Positions 14,117 to 28,700 of a stretch of 64,000 nucleotides of DNA are shown one piece after another. How positions within the stretch are numbered: the stretch's first letter is position 1; each line of letters opens with the position of its first letter. Source of the DNA: Chrysomallon squamiferum (lineage: Eukaryota > Animalia > Mollusca); NCBI GenBank assembly GCA_012295275.1, contig CM022667.1, positions 17,980,001 through 18,044,000 on the forward strand. The letters run 5' to 3'. Made by a program: the position numbers and the translations under genes. Below the pieces are notes generated by a model. It was not told the DNA's origin, did no database searches, and was given only the letters and a program-made list of their open reading frames with translations.

Positions 14117-17100
14117 GTCATTCCATATATATATAATGTTATAAAAATATACTTTTGTAGTTTTTTTTTTATTAATTTTGATTTTAATAAAGTAAGTGTT
14201 TGAATTTATAATTTTTACCCTCAAACTGGACAGGTTAAATTGTTGTTTTCTCCAGATTTTTTTATTTGATTTTTTTTATGTCCCTTCATCAGTTCATGTA
14301 AAAGATTTATATTTGTTATTTGTTAGAATGGTGAATATCCTCTGGAGGTTATTACTCTGTGTCCTGATGTGCCAAAACATGTGAAGGATGTTTTTATGAA
14401 ATATGTTGTGAGTATATATATATGTATATATTTGGTAATTTATCAATATAATGTATGATAATTTACCATAAGTCAAATATATCAGCTGATTTGTTTCCAA
14501 CCTAAATTAATGCTTCTTTAGTAATCTTAAAGTAGTTGTTTGTAGATTAATTAATGTATATACATTATTAGATCTTTTTTTATTAATCTGATTAGATTTT
14601 TAATTAGCTCTGTTTCATAGAATTCACTAAATTGACTAATGTGAATAATAACTTTTTTTCTTTTTTTAAAACTATATTTGCCAGACATAAACTACCAAAA
14701 ATAACAGCTTTTCATAATATAAGTACAGTCTGCACAGATTCAAAAAGTCAGCTTTCTCAGTTAGTAGATGAGCTTTATTAACGGAAATATCTAACAATAA
14801 ACATCAAAGTCTGGATGGCTTTTTATAAAAATGTGAAATTATATATCAAAGTCCAAATGGTCCTTTACTTTCTTTGATGGGTCTTTGTGTTATTTCAGCC
14901 TGGAATCTGGGAGGCAGTTGAGGGTGATGATGCAATGAATGTGAGAAAACTAATAAATCAGTGGTGTCGTGTTGACATAGAAAAGGTAAGAAAACCATGG
15001 TTTACTGAATATTTGACTATTTGATCCTGATGAGTTTAAGATCCAGGAAAAAAGAGAAAGAAGCAGTGGTTTGTTACTTGTGTATTTTATTGAATTGTTG
15101 ATAATTTATATCTTAATGATAAAATGTATACTTTAATCTGTAAGAAGAAGAAAAATATTTAACAGTTTTTTGTGCTATTCGTAGAGGATAAGATTTCTTT
15201 TTCTCTTAGAATGGTACTGAAGCATGTTGTTTATTATTTTTGTTAGTTTATTTATTTAATTATTTGTTTCATTTGGTTTTGGTTTTTTAATATGCTTCTT
15301 TAAACTTAATAAGTGATACTTAGATTATATTGTTTCATTTTTATTTTATTTTCAGAATGGGAAGTCATTGTTAGAGTTAACATTTGAGATTGGAACTGAA
15401 AGTATTATTCGAGTTATTAGTGGAATTAGACCCTCCATGGTAATTACACTAAATGTTTATATCATATGACTACTTTATAGATACATATATATAAAGATAT
15501 TATATCCAAACACACACACACATACACATCAACTAAATTATTGTTTTATTTAATATTTTTCAGTCTGTAATTTTATTTGTTTTTGATTGTATTTGTAATA
15601 GCATTTCAGTTGATTTCTTTAAAAAATTTAAAGTATTATTTTCTGTCTTCTGTTCATTAAAATCTTTCCTGAAATCATTTCATTTCAAAGCTTGTTACTG
15701 GGGTTCTTTTGGTGAATATGTTTTATTATATGGACAAAACTATTTAGTTCTTTTCTTCTGACTAGTTAATTTCAGTTTTATATAATGAAATATTTTTAGT
15801 TGAAGATTTGTGGCTTCTTTGATATATATTATCCAGTTTTTAATCAAAAACCTTTTTTGGAATTTATTTTCTAGGATTTTGCCCATGGAGTTCTTGCTGG
15901 TGATACTATATTTGTGCGGAAACTTCTGTCATTAAAAAAGAAGATAAATATTAATTTCAGAAATTTAGTAAGTGATATTTTATCTGTTTTGAAAAATGCT
16001 GTAAAAGACATTTTCATTTTCTAGCCAAATTCAGGCACGACATTAACAGATGTAACTGGTAAAATATTTTCTGTTAAGTTCTGTAAGAATTATTATTAAA
16101 AAAAATTTGTGCCTAAAATTAAGTACAGAATAATTCTGAATAAGTAAGTAATGCAGTAATACTGTTACTGTATTAGAATTTTCCTTTCCTTTTTTAGGGT
16201 GATCGTGGAGCACCTCCCCTTCTGTATGCATTACAGCAAAGGAATGCAGAAATGGTTTGCATTTTATTGTCACACAATGCACGTGTAGATCTTGCTATGA
16301 GAGGAGATGGAGAGGTATTGATGAATTTTTGTATTTTGTAGAATTTGATAATGAACAAAACTTAGTTTGTAAAATATTTCCTATCTTTCTGTTTTTGAAT
16401 AATTTAGGGGATGATTTTAAATAAAAATTAAAACTGAAAAACCAACACTCTAAGACCACATTTTCAAAACGATTTTTTTTTTTTTTCATTTTTGTTATCT
16501 GATAAAATAATAATAATAATAATATTTTGTGTTTATCTGATTTGTACTGAGTATTTACTCAGTATATAAGGTATATTTGTATTTTTTCAGAATGATATCC
16601 CTCTGTATTTTGTTGCATTGGCATCTGATCCACCAATAAGACCTGATCTTTTGAAATTGATTGTTCCCACTGGTCCTTTGAAAGTGGATCATCTATACTA
16701 TAAGGTAAAAATCAACAAAAAATCTTTAAAAATAATTAGTTAACTTCCTCATTTTTAATTATATTCAGTCAGAATTTTCTGGTTGAAAAAATACAAAATA
16801 TTATTATGAACGTTAAACTCAGACATCAGGTTTTGAATATAAGGCTAATATAATCTCAGGTTTAATTCTTCTAAGATTAGACTAAATAGTTGCAGGTTTT
16901 GTAAATGCTGAAAAAATATCAGTGGTTTTCAGAAAAAGCCCTAAGTGACGATAAGTAACAGAATTATTTCAATACATCAGTGCAGTTCAGCCATGTGACT
17001 GGTTTATCAAATATATAAATATTTAAATCATACCTGAGCCGATGATGCTAGAATTGGTTTGTTGTGCCAAATCATTGAAATATCTATTTCAGCACAATTG

Positions 17101-20100
17101 TTGAAATAATATCCAAAACAAACATTAAAATTTATATAATTTGACATGGAAATAGAAGATTAATTAATATTATTAATATCACTATGTATTTGGTTAAATT
17201 AAAATAAATAATAATTTAAAAATAAAATAAGTTTATAAAGGTTTAATGAACAGAATATGCTTGTTAAAGATATCTTATTACTAAATGATAAGATTTCTTC
17301 TGGCAGATTGGTTTATATAGTAAACGTTAATGAAATGGTATTACATAAATATAAAGGAGAAAAACGTGTAAATTTGTAATGTTTTTATATATGAATGTAT
17401 TTATTGACAATTATTGTTTTCTCCTTTTTGAGGGTATGAATTCTGTATTCCACTGTATTGATCACGATGTTAGCCCTGATGTTGTTGAAGACATTCTCCT
17501 GAAAGGTTCAGCCTACCTCATCACGCAGCGAATTAAGGTAAGTGAAACTTACATTTTTGTACTGTAAAGTTTCATTTTATTAAAAACAGTTTAATGCCTT
17601 GCACAGCTACATAATCAAATTATAATTGTACAGTTTCTATATACTTGGGCTATGAAATATGGATTTAAAGTGTTATCATTTTTATTTCAGAATAATATTT
17701 GTCTGCGACAGTATGCATATTTACAGTCAAGTGCTCATATTGCTGATATTATTGATAGGGTGAGTAATTATACTGTTATCTCTCTTATTTCACATTACTA
17801 GAGTTACCACACTGCAATATATATATATAAAATATATGTTTTTAAATTTATTTTAATAGATTGTACTGAAATGGATATTCCAAGATGATCCCAAGAACCG
17901 CAAGATTTTAGCACTACATGGTTACAACTATATACCAACTCCAGTATCATCAGCTGAGGTGTGCTTTATAGTGAATGGGAAATGTGCTAAATACATTTAT
18001 CATACTTTTTAACATGGTTGTGTTATTGCAATTTGGTCAGACTGGAAAAACAAGACATTTATGCCAATGATCATACTAGCATTAATTAAAATGAAATGTG
18101 AAAAAACTGAGTAATGATCGTTTTACTTGAATTTCTTTTAATAAAAATAAAAATAATACTAATAATATGTTCTCAGGGAGAAAACAATAATTTCCAGATA
18201 ATAGAAGGATATCTGTCTGGTGATTTATCTCTATACATTGTGTGTGTTTGTGTTGTATTTATGCTAACCTTTTTCTGTTTGTTTTAAACTGATTTCTCTA
18301 TTTCAGGATTTCAATGAAGCTGATGCTGAGATGTCATCACAGTATGCTTTTTACCAGATTCTACCAGTTTATTATGTATGTTTATATTTAAATATCAGTA
18401 TTACATCAATATCAGCAAATACAGAGGCTATGAGGAATTTATAATTATTTTAAGAAAGTAAAATCTTCCTGGATATTATAGGTTAGTGAATTAAAAAAAT
18501 GTATTATGAGACAATAAACAACATAAGACATTAATTAAGAATTGTGCTGAAATGGAATTTTCCTGATAAGCAGAAACTATTTTTTATTTTTTTTATTTTT
18601 ATTTCTTTTCAGACCCAGATCCGACAGTTCCATGAAGCTGTTGACAGGTGTGATATTGATGGTGTTAAGTCTCTGTTGTTTTTTAAGACAAAGAATGTTT
18701 GTGTGGAGCCATGCCTGGCAGATTCCAGAACCACGGTACATATATTACTGTGTTACATAAATGATTGTTTTGTAAAATAACCTTTTGTGGGATTCTAAGA
18801 AATTACATTACTTTGTTTCCACAGACAGCTGTTAATTCTTATTTAAGTGTTTGAAAATGGTAACTGCATTTATAATTAATTCTGAAATATTGATTAAATA
18901 TTAAAATATTTTGAATCTTTTCAGGGTGATGGTCAGCCAGCACTTCATAAAGCCATTTTGCGTTGTAATTATGAAATAACAGAACTTCTTGCAGAAACAC
19001 TTGTTTACCAGCTTAAACAGAGACTTGACTCTGTGAGAGATCAGGTAAACTTTTGTATATAACATTTAGCTGTTCACATACATCATTATCATATCATTCT
19101 TTTTTTATGTAGTTGATGTATTATTCTAATAAAACACTTTGAAAGGCAAGATCACTTGACAAAAGTTGCAGAAAATAATTTTTGCCATTTACAAAACACC
19201 TATCTCTTTTGAAAGGAAAGATTTCTGAATTCTTTACTTAAAAATATTTTTGATATGGTGTTTTTTAATCTAATTTGAGTTGGATGTTTCTGAGTTATTA
19301 TGAGGTCAATTTAATTTGCATTTTTGATGCATGTTTGAAAGTACGAATATCATCAGTCTTTCAGAACTGCACTTCACTATGCATATGCTTTGGAGGGTGG
19401 TAAGGAGCTGGTGGATCTTCTTCTTGATTATGGTGCTTCAGAATTCACAATGGATAAGGTAAAATTATCAAACGTCATTATTTAATAAACTTCTATTAAA
19501 ACGTCTCATTTTCAAAAAAAGTAAAAAGTAAAGAAGAAATATTTAATACTTGCTTTTTTCGTATTAAGCTTATTTTAAACATGAATAATTTGGTCTTTAG
19601 GATGGTAGATCACCATTAGCATTCAAAGACCGAAAGAGTCAACCTTTGATGAAGGAACTTCTTCAATATCAGTTACAGCAGGTAAATAATTCTTCACACT
19701 TTTTTCCATTTTTTTATATATTTTTTTATTAAATGAGTTCGTAAAAACAAACCATTAACAATTATATTTATTTTAAAATATAGAAGAAACGTTATTGAAG
19801 AGATGCATTTTAATTTCATTATTATTAAAAACTGCTTGTTATTTATTAAGGAAATCAGATCATGTGTTCATAATAACTTCATTTGTTTATATACAATCAC
19901 TAAAAACTTAAAATTCATTAGTCGTTAATATTTTAATCTAGGACTTCAGTGATCCTGAACCAGATCCATTTGCTGTAACAATGCCAATACCAATTATTGG
20001 TTATCTGTTGAATTGTAATCATCTTCACCATCATTCTGGTCATTTTAACCAGAAGCTAGCAGTGCTGGCAGGAACCCAGTCTCCTCATCATCAGCATTCA

Positions 20101-20370
20101 ATTCAAGACATCAAAACAAACAAAGTGATGAGCAAGTCTGCAACATTTGCTTCACACTTGGCAAGCTGGCCAGAAACAATGCGAGCAAAATTTAGTAATA
20201 GAAATTGCAGCAATGGACTGCAGAGTGAATATTACAGAGTACCTACTGATGACATTGACTGTCTTGACAACTTCACATATGATGACGACTGCTTTGACAC
20301 AGGCAGTGAGAATGATGATTTGTTGAATGATAGAGATTTGAAAAAATCATCCTCTTGTGCTATCCAGTGA
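9619..20370 (+). CDS. Uncharacterised ankyrin-repeat protein, ~720-740 aa, with C-terminal CaaX motif (CAIQ)
   Basis: Exons: 9619-9624, 11850-11999, 12402-12527, 13167-13271, 14327-14407, 14899-14985, 15356-15439, 15875-15967, 16198-16314, 16591-16704, 17433-17537, 17691-17759, 17860-17958, (18177-18239 uncertain), 18307-18375, 18613-18735, 18925-19044, 19357-19458, 19601-19681, 19942-20370. They join into one open frame with ankyrin motifs EGNNALMLYL, GAPPLLYALQQRNAEMVCILLSHNA, GQPALHKAILRCNYEITELL and RTALHYAYALEGGKELVDLLLDYGASEFTMDKDGRSPL. The start codon is the least certain part. Confidence 0.82.
13372..14126. mobile_element. Rearranged non-autonomous DNA transposon (same family as the element at 61618) in ankyrin-gene intron 4
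   Basis: The TIR GGGTCATTCCATGTCAAATCAC occurs at ~13372 and ~13544, inverted at ~14063-14084, and as a stub at ~14115. Internal sequence matches 61618-62170. Embedded in (TA)n runs. Confidence 0.85.
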
Positions 20371-22700
20371 AATATTTTCTGTCATTTTTGTACATGATAT
20401 GACTAGAGCATTCTAGTGAAAGCACAACATCAACAAATCTCAAGGGTTCAAGAATATTTCAGTCACAGGAAGAAAATAAATGTTCACAGATAAATTACAG
20501 AAAAGATAAGCCCAACAAAGGCGACAGTTGTCTGGAGCCTTTAATAATGGATTTTTTCTTATGTTAGAAATGGTGCTTTATTCATCGAATAATAAAGAAC
20601 CAGGTAACAGAGAGCATGGTAGGACAGTGTAAGAAGCATTTGTTTAAATACTTTAATGTTAACAAAGGTTGGTTTTTTTTCCACATGAATGTTTTAAAGC
20701 AAGCTTGTTTTGATGTCTTATAATCGGTGAAAGTTATGCATATTTTTTCTGTTTTTAATTTTAAATACTGCTGTATTTTAACCAAACCTTTATTTAAATC
20801 AGATATGCAAATTTTGTTTTAGATATTTTCCTTTCGAAAATAAGATCTTTTTATTATCTTAAAATAATTATAAAAAGGAATAACTTGACTAGATAGCAAC
20901 GTTTTATTCAAGGTATAAAAAAACAACTGAATCAATAGTAGCAAAAGCTATTAAAAATGTAAGTAATGTAAGTAAATTATATAGTGGATAGTATAGTTTA
21001 TTTCACAATTTAATAAAACTACTGTGCTTTATGGAAATATTGCTGCAATTTTAGTCGTCATATATCTATGTTCTTAGAAATGGTTTTAAATAAATGGTTG
21101 TAGCTAATCAGTTAACACGTCTTAAGAAGGAAAATAACATTTTATCATTGTTTTTCATAACTTTTTATTTTATATATTTTAAATCACAATTGCAGTATTC
21201 AGTATAGAATTTTATTTTTGTTATTATGACATCTATTTTAATACAAATATATATAAATATATATTTGATATTTTTATGATGTGGTCACATAAATAAATAG
21301 CTTGTTTACATTTTAATGTTATACCTTTATTAACTCGGAACATGTGCAATAATGTTTTTGTTTTTGTTGTGCTTTTTCAGAAGAACAAAAGAATAACAAT
21401 AAAACATTTATTTCGTGATCCTTTATATGACCATTTATCAAATAAAGCAACATTACAGCATGCACAATATTGTTGTAAGTGAAAATCAATAAAGGAAATA
21501 CATTTATTTATTCTTTTGTTTTTAGTTCAGGTAGCGCCATGATTACAAATAAACATATCAATCATTTAAGAATCTAACTTGAGATTGGAAGACGTCTTTG
21601 ACATATAAATAATAAATTTAAAACAATATTTTGATTAGTTATTACTAAATATTTGTGTGCAATGGATTTGAGTTTGTTTCATGTCATCTGTTGTGCAATA
21701 GATAGTTGTTCTTATTGATATTTAAATTATATATTTTCATAATGATCTCACATCTTATAAATTACATGTCATTTTATTATTACTTTTGCACATGTATTAA
21801 AGTATATACCTGTGAAATTTGAATAAAAAAAAAATTGGTAGCATACTATATTTCTGTTTTCTTATAAATTTAAAAATTAGAATCGCTTTATCAGAGTTTT
21901 TTATTCTAGGATTCTTAGCAGTTTCAGAATGTTTTCCTTAGTTACATACAATATAACTTGAGTCTATCTGTTGGAATGATGTCGGTGGAAAATACTGACA
22001 ATTAAATTGAATGTTCCAAATTTCATATTGACTGAAATGGTTTTTTCACCATCTCAAACATTTAAAAATAAAAAATATTCAGCTTTTGTGACTACTGACT
22101 AACTTCCAGAGCCTTGAAAGTGAACTTTGATGTATTTCTTTATATACTCTGATCTGTTATGAGGCATATGGAAAATACACAATTATTAGATAAAAATATA
22201 TTATTTTAAGGCACTTGGATTATAACAAATAAACAAAAAAAAAATATAATTTGATGCACCTCGAATATAAAAACAACAACAACAGTACCAAAATAATAAT
22301 TTGAGGTGCATGGTTAATATAATTAATTAAAAATACATAAGCTTCATATAGACAGTTATCGGGAATAGACCAGAAGCTAAAATTTGTGAACTATCTGAAA
22401 AACAAGTACAGATAAAACAGTTAAAATAATAAGGGCTTAGAAAAAGCAATGTACATTACAAAACTTGACATGAACTTCATTTCTTTGAAGTGAATGTAAA
22501 AACAAATTATTTTCTTTCTCAAAACAAGAAAATGTCCAAATGTTAAGCAGATTATACTAGATTCTGAATAAATATATTTAAAAATTATATTTTGCTCAGA
22601 ATAATAAGTTTTAAAGAAAAACATTAGGATTTTTTTGTAAAATTAAATGTTTTTGTTGAACAGTTAATTCAAAGTGAAAAATATCATCCAAAAGAGTTCT

Positions 22701-25700
22701 TCAGTTTTTGAGATGTTGTTTAATTTTATAATTAACATCAGTAGCAATCATTACAGCATCCTGTAAGAACAAAAAATACATAAGAATATATAAAATATAT
22801 ACATATAAAATACTATATTCATTAATTCTGTTCATTTAAAAATTTTAAAACTAATAAAGGTTCTTGTTTTCCCTTATTGCTAAAAACACTTGTTAAAACA
22901 TATTTTACACCCGTATATCTCCCATTTCAATTTATTCTATTTTTTTATTGTTAATTTTTTTTATTAAAGATGCAGTCTTAAAATCACACGTAAATTTTTT
23001 AAATTAAAATGCTGTGTTAAAAAATATACACGCTAACATGTGTACATTTTTTAACACTATCTTTAATTAAAATAAAACAAATAATAATAAAAAATAGAAT
23101 AAAAGTTACTTATTTATAAAAAAACAATTTGAATTTTTAAAGTTAAAGTTAAGATTATAACCATGAAACCATTGTCTAAAATAAGTGCTTTGAATTTAAC
23201 AATAATTTTTAATAATTTATTAATACACTGACCTGAAGTATTTTTATCTCTGAATTAACTAGCTGTACATTGTCAGGCAGTGGAAGAATCAGACCTTTTT
23301 CCCCTAGTTCTACATAATTGAAATAAAATGTTTTTAAAAATAGAAATGAACTGTGAAAAATCATTCACTTAAAAAGCCAATATATTTTGGATCTTATGGT
23401 ATTTCAGATGATGGAAATCATTAATAAATTAAAGAGACATATAAAAAAAATTTACCATGTGATTACAAATCTTTAAAAAAACATTCAATTACAGCTTTTT
23501 TCTGCTAATGTTAAAATGTGTTATGAAAAAGACAAGAAATGCTTACCATTTAGGTGTGGTATAATGAAAGTCTTAGCTGCTACATCCATTAGTAACTGTA
23601 TGACTTTAATCTGAAAAATATCAAGATTTTTTGTATTAAATTTCAGCAGTTTTAAATCTTACTGATGCATAGAAGTAATTTAGATTAGTACAGTAAAACA
23701 AATACATTTCTGACTAATAAAACAGATAAACTGAAAACGTAACAAAAAAATCAAAAACATATTCTTATGGAATAAATGAATATATGTTTTTCAAGATATA
23801 ATTTCAATCTCATTGCTTCCTCTTTTCCTGTCTCCAAAAACAAGTTCCTTTTAAAAACTTACGTCAACAAAACCAATATCAGAACTGACAATTCCAACCA
23901 TAGATCTGGAAAAAAATTTAATACGTGTTTTAATATTAAAATGTATTTTAAAATGCCATTAACAGCCATATAAAATTCTTTCAAATCACCAAAGAAAAGA
24001 AAATTATTATAAAGCAAAAGAACATACCAGGTTTCTGTCAATAGAAATAGCATTAATTGATATTGAAAAACAAGCAAAAAAGTACAGAGTTTCAAACATA
24101 ATACTTTTTTAAAGAAATAATTTAAAACAAATAGCCTACTTATACTTGGTAATCTTTCCTTGCACCACTTTTCCATTTAATGATGCTTCAAGGTCCACAT
24201 ACACTGTCTAAAAAATTAGAATTAATAAAAACAGTATTGTAAATAAATCAACTCGATAGAATGTTGGAATATTTTTATATTTTAATATCAAATAATTTAT
24301 AAAGTGTTGTATAAAATAAAATGATTCAGTTTTGGGGTTTTTTTTTAATTTTAAAAATTAAAATGTGTATTTTACTTTAAGAATGAATTCTAAATATTTC
24401 TTATATAGCTGAATGTACAAAATGCCATAAAACATTTTTGATTTCTTTAAAAGTTAAAATGTGTATTATACTTTTAAAAAAAGTGTTTTTCTAAATTCTT
24501 CTTTGATGTCCAACAATGTCACAAAATGTTTTTATTTCTATAAAAATTAAACAAGTACCTTACTTTAAAAAATCATTCTAAATACTTCTTAGATAACTGA
24601 ATGTACCAAGTGTCACAAAATGTTTTGATTTCTTTAAAAGTCAAATTTGCATCTGACTTTGAAAAATAATTTTTTTATTTCTTACATAACTGATTGGACA
24701 AAATTTCACAAAATACCTTTGATTTCTTTAAAAATTAAAAAGTGGACCCTACTTTAAAAAAGAATTCTAAATATTTCTGATTGGTTGTACAAAATTTCAC
24801 AAAATGTTTTTGATACCTTTAAAAGTTAAAATATGTACTTTATTTTAAAAAAGAATTCTAAATATTTCTTACATAAAGAGAATGTACAAATGTTTTTGAT
24901 ATCTATAAAAATTAAAATTTATACTTTAAAAAGAATTCTGTATATTTCTTAATTAACAAAATTTGCAAAAATGTCACAGAATGTTTTCACTTTCTTTAAC
25001 AGTTAAAATGTTTCAATTAAAGTGTGTATACTTACATTGTTAAATGTGATCAGATGAGGTCCAGTACCTTTTCCTGTGTCAATATGCAGATCTATGTTCC
25101 CAGCAAACTTAATTCCAATAAAACTGTTGATATTCATCACTGGAGTTTGGGTTGCATACATTATCAGTTTAACCCATAAATTTGGATATTTTTTCCCAAT
25201 CTGAAAATTAACACAGTATTCTTTACTTATTAAATGATAACTGAAATTGCCTACAAATTGATAAAAGGCTGATTAATAATTATAAATAGAAATGGTTGCA
25301 TAGAGTGGGCAGTGCTATGGGCAAAACATTCGTAGTGATATGGACTAGTGAAAGGGGCTTGGGAATGGCTAATTTCCATGGGTTAGGGGCACAATACACT
25401 TGCCTTGTCCTGGACTCTGGCAACCAAAACTAGAAAACAATAAAGAATATAAACAAAAAATGTATGGAATTGTTAGTACTGAAGAGAGATATCTGAAAAC
25501 CATAACCATGAAGAAAAAGAAACAAACTCTATAAAGATTATCACTGAAAAATTATTATATTTCAGAAAAAGGAGACAACTTACTAATATTATTTAAAACT
25601 CAAATAAAATCCGAAGAAAAGTTAACTTAAAGAAATGACTTTGTTATAAAGTTTACAAAACTGAAGCCAAGCATTTCAGTTATCAGATCATAATTGTCAG

Positions 25701-28700
25701 TACAAGAAAGGTTAATAAGTAAAAAGCCTGTAAACACATCTACATTGGCAACTTATAATTATAGATAAGAATATATAATTTACCAGTTTTAACGTTTAAA
25801 AAAAAGATGTTTTTATTAGTTTTACCTGAGGTATTAAAAAGCCAATGCACTTAAAATCTGTACAAGTGGTATTCAAAAATGATTTCTTTCCAGGAGGAAG
25901 CTGTAATGTATGATATCATTTAACACTGATTAGAACTTTAAAAAGATTCATTATCAATAAACAGGTCATTACAAACACATTCACAGATACTGAAAAATTG
26001 TTATTTGCTAAAAGTAATTAACGTATTTTCAAAAACAAAACCTAAAGGAAAAACAGGAAAATAAAAGTAATGATTAATGAGTTACATGAGCCATTGAGTC
26101 TGATATTTTAAAATACTATCATGTTAAAAATAATGCAATGTTTTTATGTAATTATTAATTTTATAAACGCACAGTTCATAAATTTGAATAAATGCGTAGC
26201 CTATTTTAACATTTGTTTTGTAAATTTGAATAAATGTGAAGTTTAATTTTTTGGTGATTTTGACTCACATCTTTTGCAGTTAGATTATATTTCATAAAGC
26301 CATGTTTCACAGCCACATATCCTAAAGTGTTTGCTATATATGGTGTCAACCAGAGGTACAACATCCGTGAACTGTCACTACTTTTTGGCATAGATGCTGG
26401 GAGAAATGGTGCTTCCTTTGGATCAGTTTTCCAGTATATCTCTCCCTGTAATAACAATAAACATAAAGATTATAACTGCTATGAAATTAACAAACAAGTT
26501 ACTTTATAAGTTTTGAGTCATTTTTTTACCTCAAAGGTAATTTTCCCTAATTATAATCATAAAAATAAAAAGTTTAAACTGAAATGCTAAATCCAATTCT
26601 GCTCTACAAAGGTTACTCTTAGTAATTATAATCATAAAAAGTTTTTAAATATTTTATTACGATAAAAAAGAAAAATTCATAGTAATTAACAATACCTTTA
26701 AAAATACATCCATAAATTCTGTTTTGACATCAGGCTTAGAAATGAAACTGTAATCCAAAAGAAACTTCTTTCCCAAAACAACTGTGACTGATAAATAAAA
26801 AGGGTATTCATTTTATTTTAATTTCAAATTATTATTGAAAAGATATGAAAATAAATCTGAATAATATTTTAATTATGGTAATTAAGAAAATAGATAAGAA
26901 TAGCTTCATTAAAATAGTAGCAACAAAAAATAAAATAAAGGTAATATTTATTAATCTCAAATTTTAACACATTAAAATGTTTCTTTACTAAAAGAACTGC
27001 ATATATATGTATCTTTTAAATATTAATTGTAAAAAGGTAACTAGAAAAACAGTATATGACCATTAACACAAAAAGGTAATTAAAAAAAAAAAAAAAGAAA
27101 CAGAATAAGGATATTTTTTAAATATTAAAATAATTCTTTACAAAAAGAATTACAAATTATTTAAAATCTTTAGTTAAAAACAGAAAAGTAAAATGCCATT
27201 AGAAAACCCGTAATTTAAAATTTAATTTCGCATGAATTTCTATATTTCAAAAAAAATTTAGTAAGGTTTACGAATGGAAGTATGAGAGTAAAACTCACCA
27301 GGTATTTTAGCCAACTGTTTTTCTGCATCTTGGTTTACAATGTTTGTGACAATGTGACAAAACTGAAACAGTTTGAATTTACACATTTATATGCAACTAA
27401 ATTCAAAACTGCATTACATATTTTGTAAATATCATATATATTCATTATGTGTGCATGACTTCTTATTCAGTTTGTTATTACCATCTGATTTTTAACTAAA
27501 ATACGAGGGGAAAAAACAAAACAACACAACTGGAGTTATTTTAATCTGACTGCCAAAATTGCCAAACTGACAGCAGAATAATATTTGAAGATTTAGCCAT
27601 ATCTATCACTGAGAGATGATGACACTGTATGTGAAATTATTTAAACTCACCTGACCTTGAAGTGCATCTTTAATTTTTGAGCCAATAATTTCTGAAAATA
27701 AGTTATAGAGCCAGGCAGCTCCTCCGTGAAACTTAATGCTGACACTGCCAATGCTGACTTCACAGGAGGATGTTGATATGTGTAGATGACCTTTTGTACC
27801 ATTACCTATATATTTATAATAAACAATACAGAACATTATTGAAAGCATAGTCATTCCAATGCCTGTATACATACACACACAAACACACACATTCCCATTC
27901 ACATGTATAATGACAGAAATCAAAATAATTTCAAACTAATTACATTATTATAAGAACAGGTAAAATAAACTGAATATGATTCTACATTAAGTATATATTA
28001 ATAACTTTAAAAAAGAAGAATGGATGATTACCATTATATTTTAAGGATATCTCCAAATATATATTTTTAATGTTTATCCAGGTTCTATAATTTTGGTACT
28101 TGTTAAGTGAAAAGGGATATGTATTGCCTATTTGATCAAAATAGTCCGTCACATATTAATAGTGTGTGTGTGTCAGTGTGTACACATTATACATTCTTAA
28201 TAAATATTTTTACAGATAAATCAAAAGTAAAACAGAGATGTATTCTAATCTACTAATGAATAATAATGTTTTTATGTTTACTTAGTGCAATTCCAATTTT
28301 GAAGGAAATTCCACCAGCAGATGCATCAAAGTTAATGGTGTCTCTTATTGGTATTCTAAATTAAACAAAGTCAATGAAAAATACAAATAAACAATTCATA
28401 TTTATTTTATAACAAATGTTAATGTAATTTCTTCATCAACAAAATATACATAAATATAAATATCAACTATAATATTACATGCTACATATTTGCTGTTTCC
28501 ATTAGGTAACAAAAACAAGTGGAAGACAAATTACATTGGTAAATGTCGTGTTGATTTTGATCTTTTATTCTAAAACTTGTACCCAGAAGACTTTTTTTTA
28601 CTACATTTAATACTTTTTTTTTATCTTTTTTTTTTACTACATTTACTACTTTTCTTTTTCTTTCTTTTTTATATTTAACTCATTCCTACATATAAATAAC

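Noticed and set aside
23859-24176. 105-aa ORF (also at 35037-35354)
   Set aside because: Crosses LBP/BPI exons 11-12 and an intron out of frame; it appears twice only because of the duplication.
25295-25425. GC-richer patch in LBP/BPI intron 9
   Set aside because: Probably an old repeat fragment, but no TIRs, TSD or RNA-gene structure could be supported.
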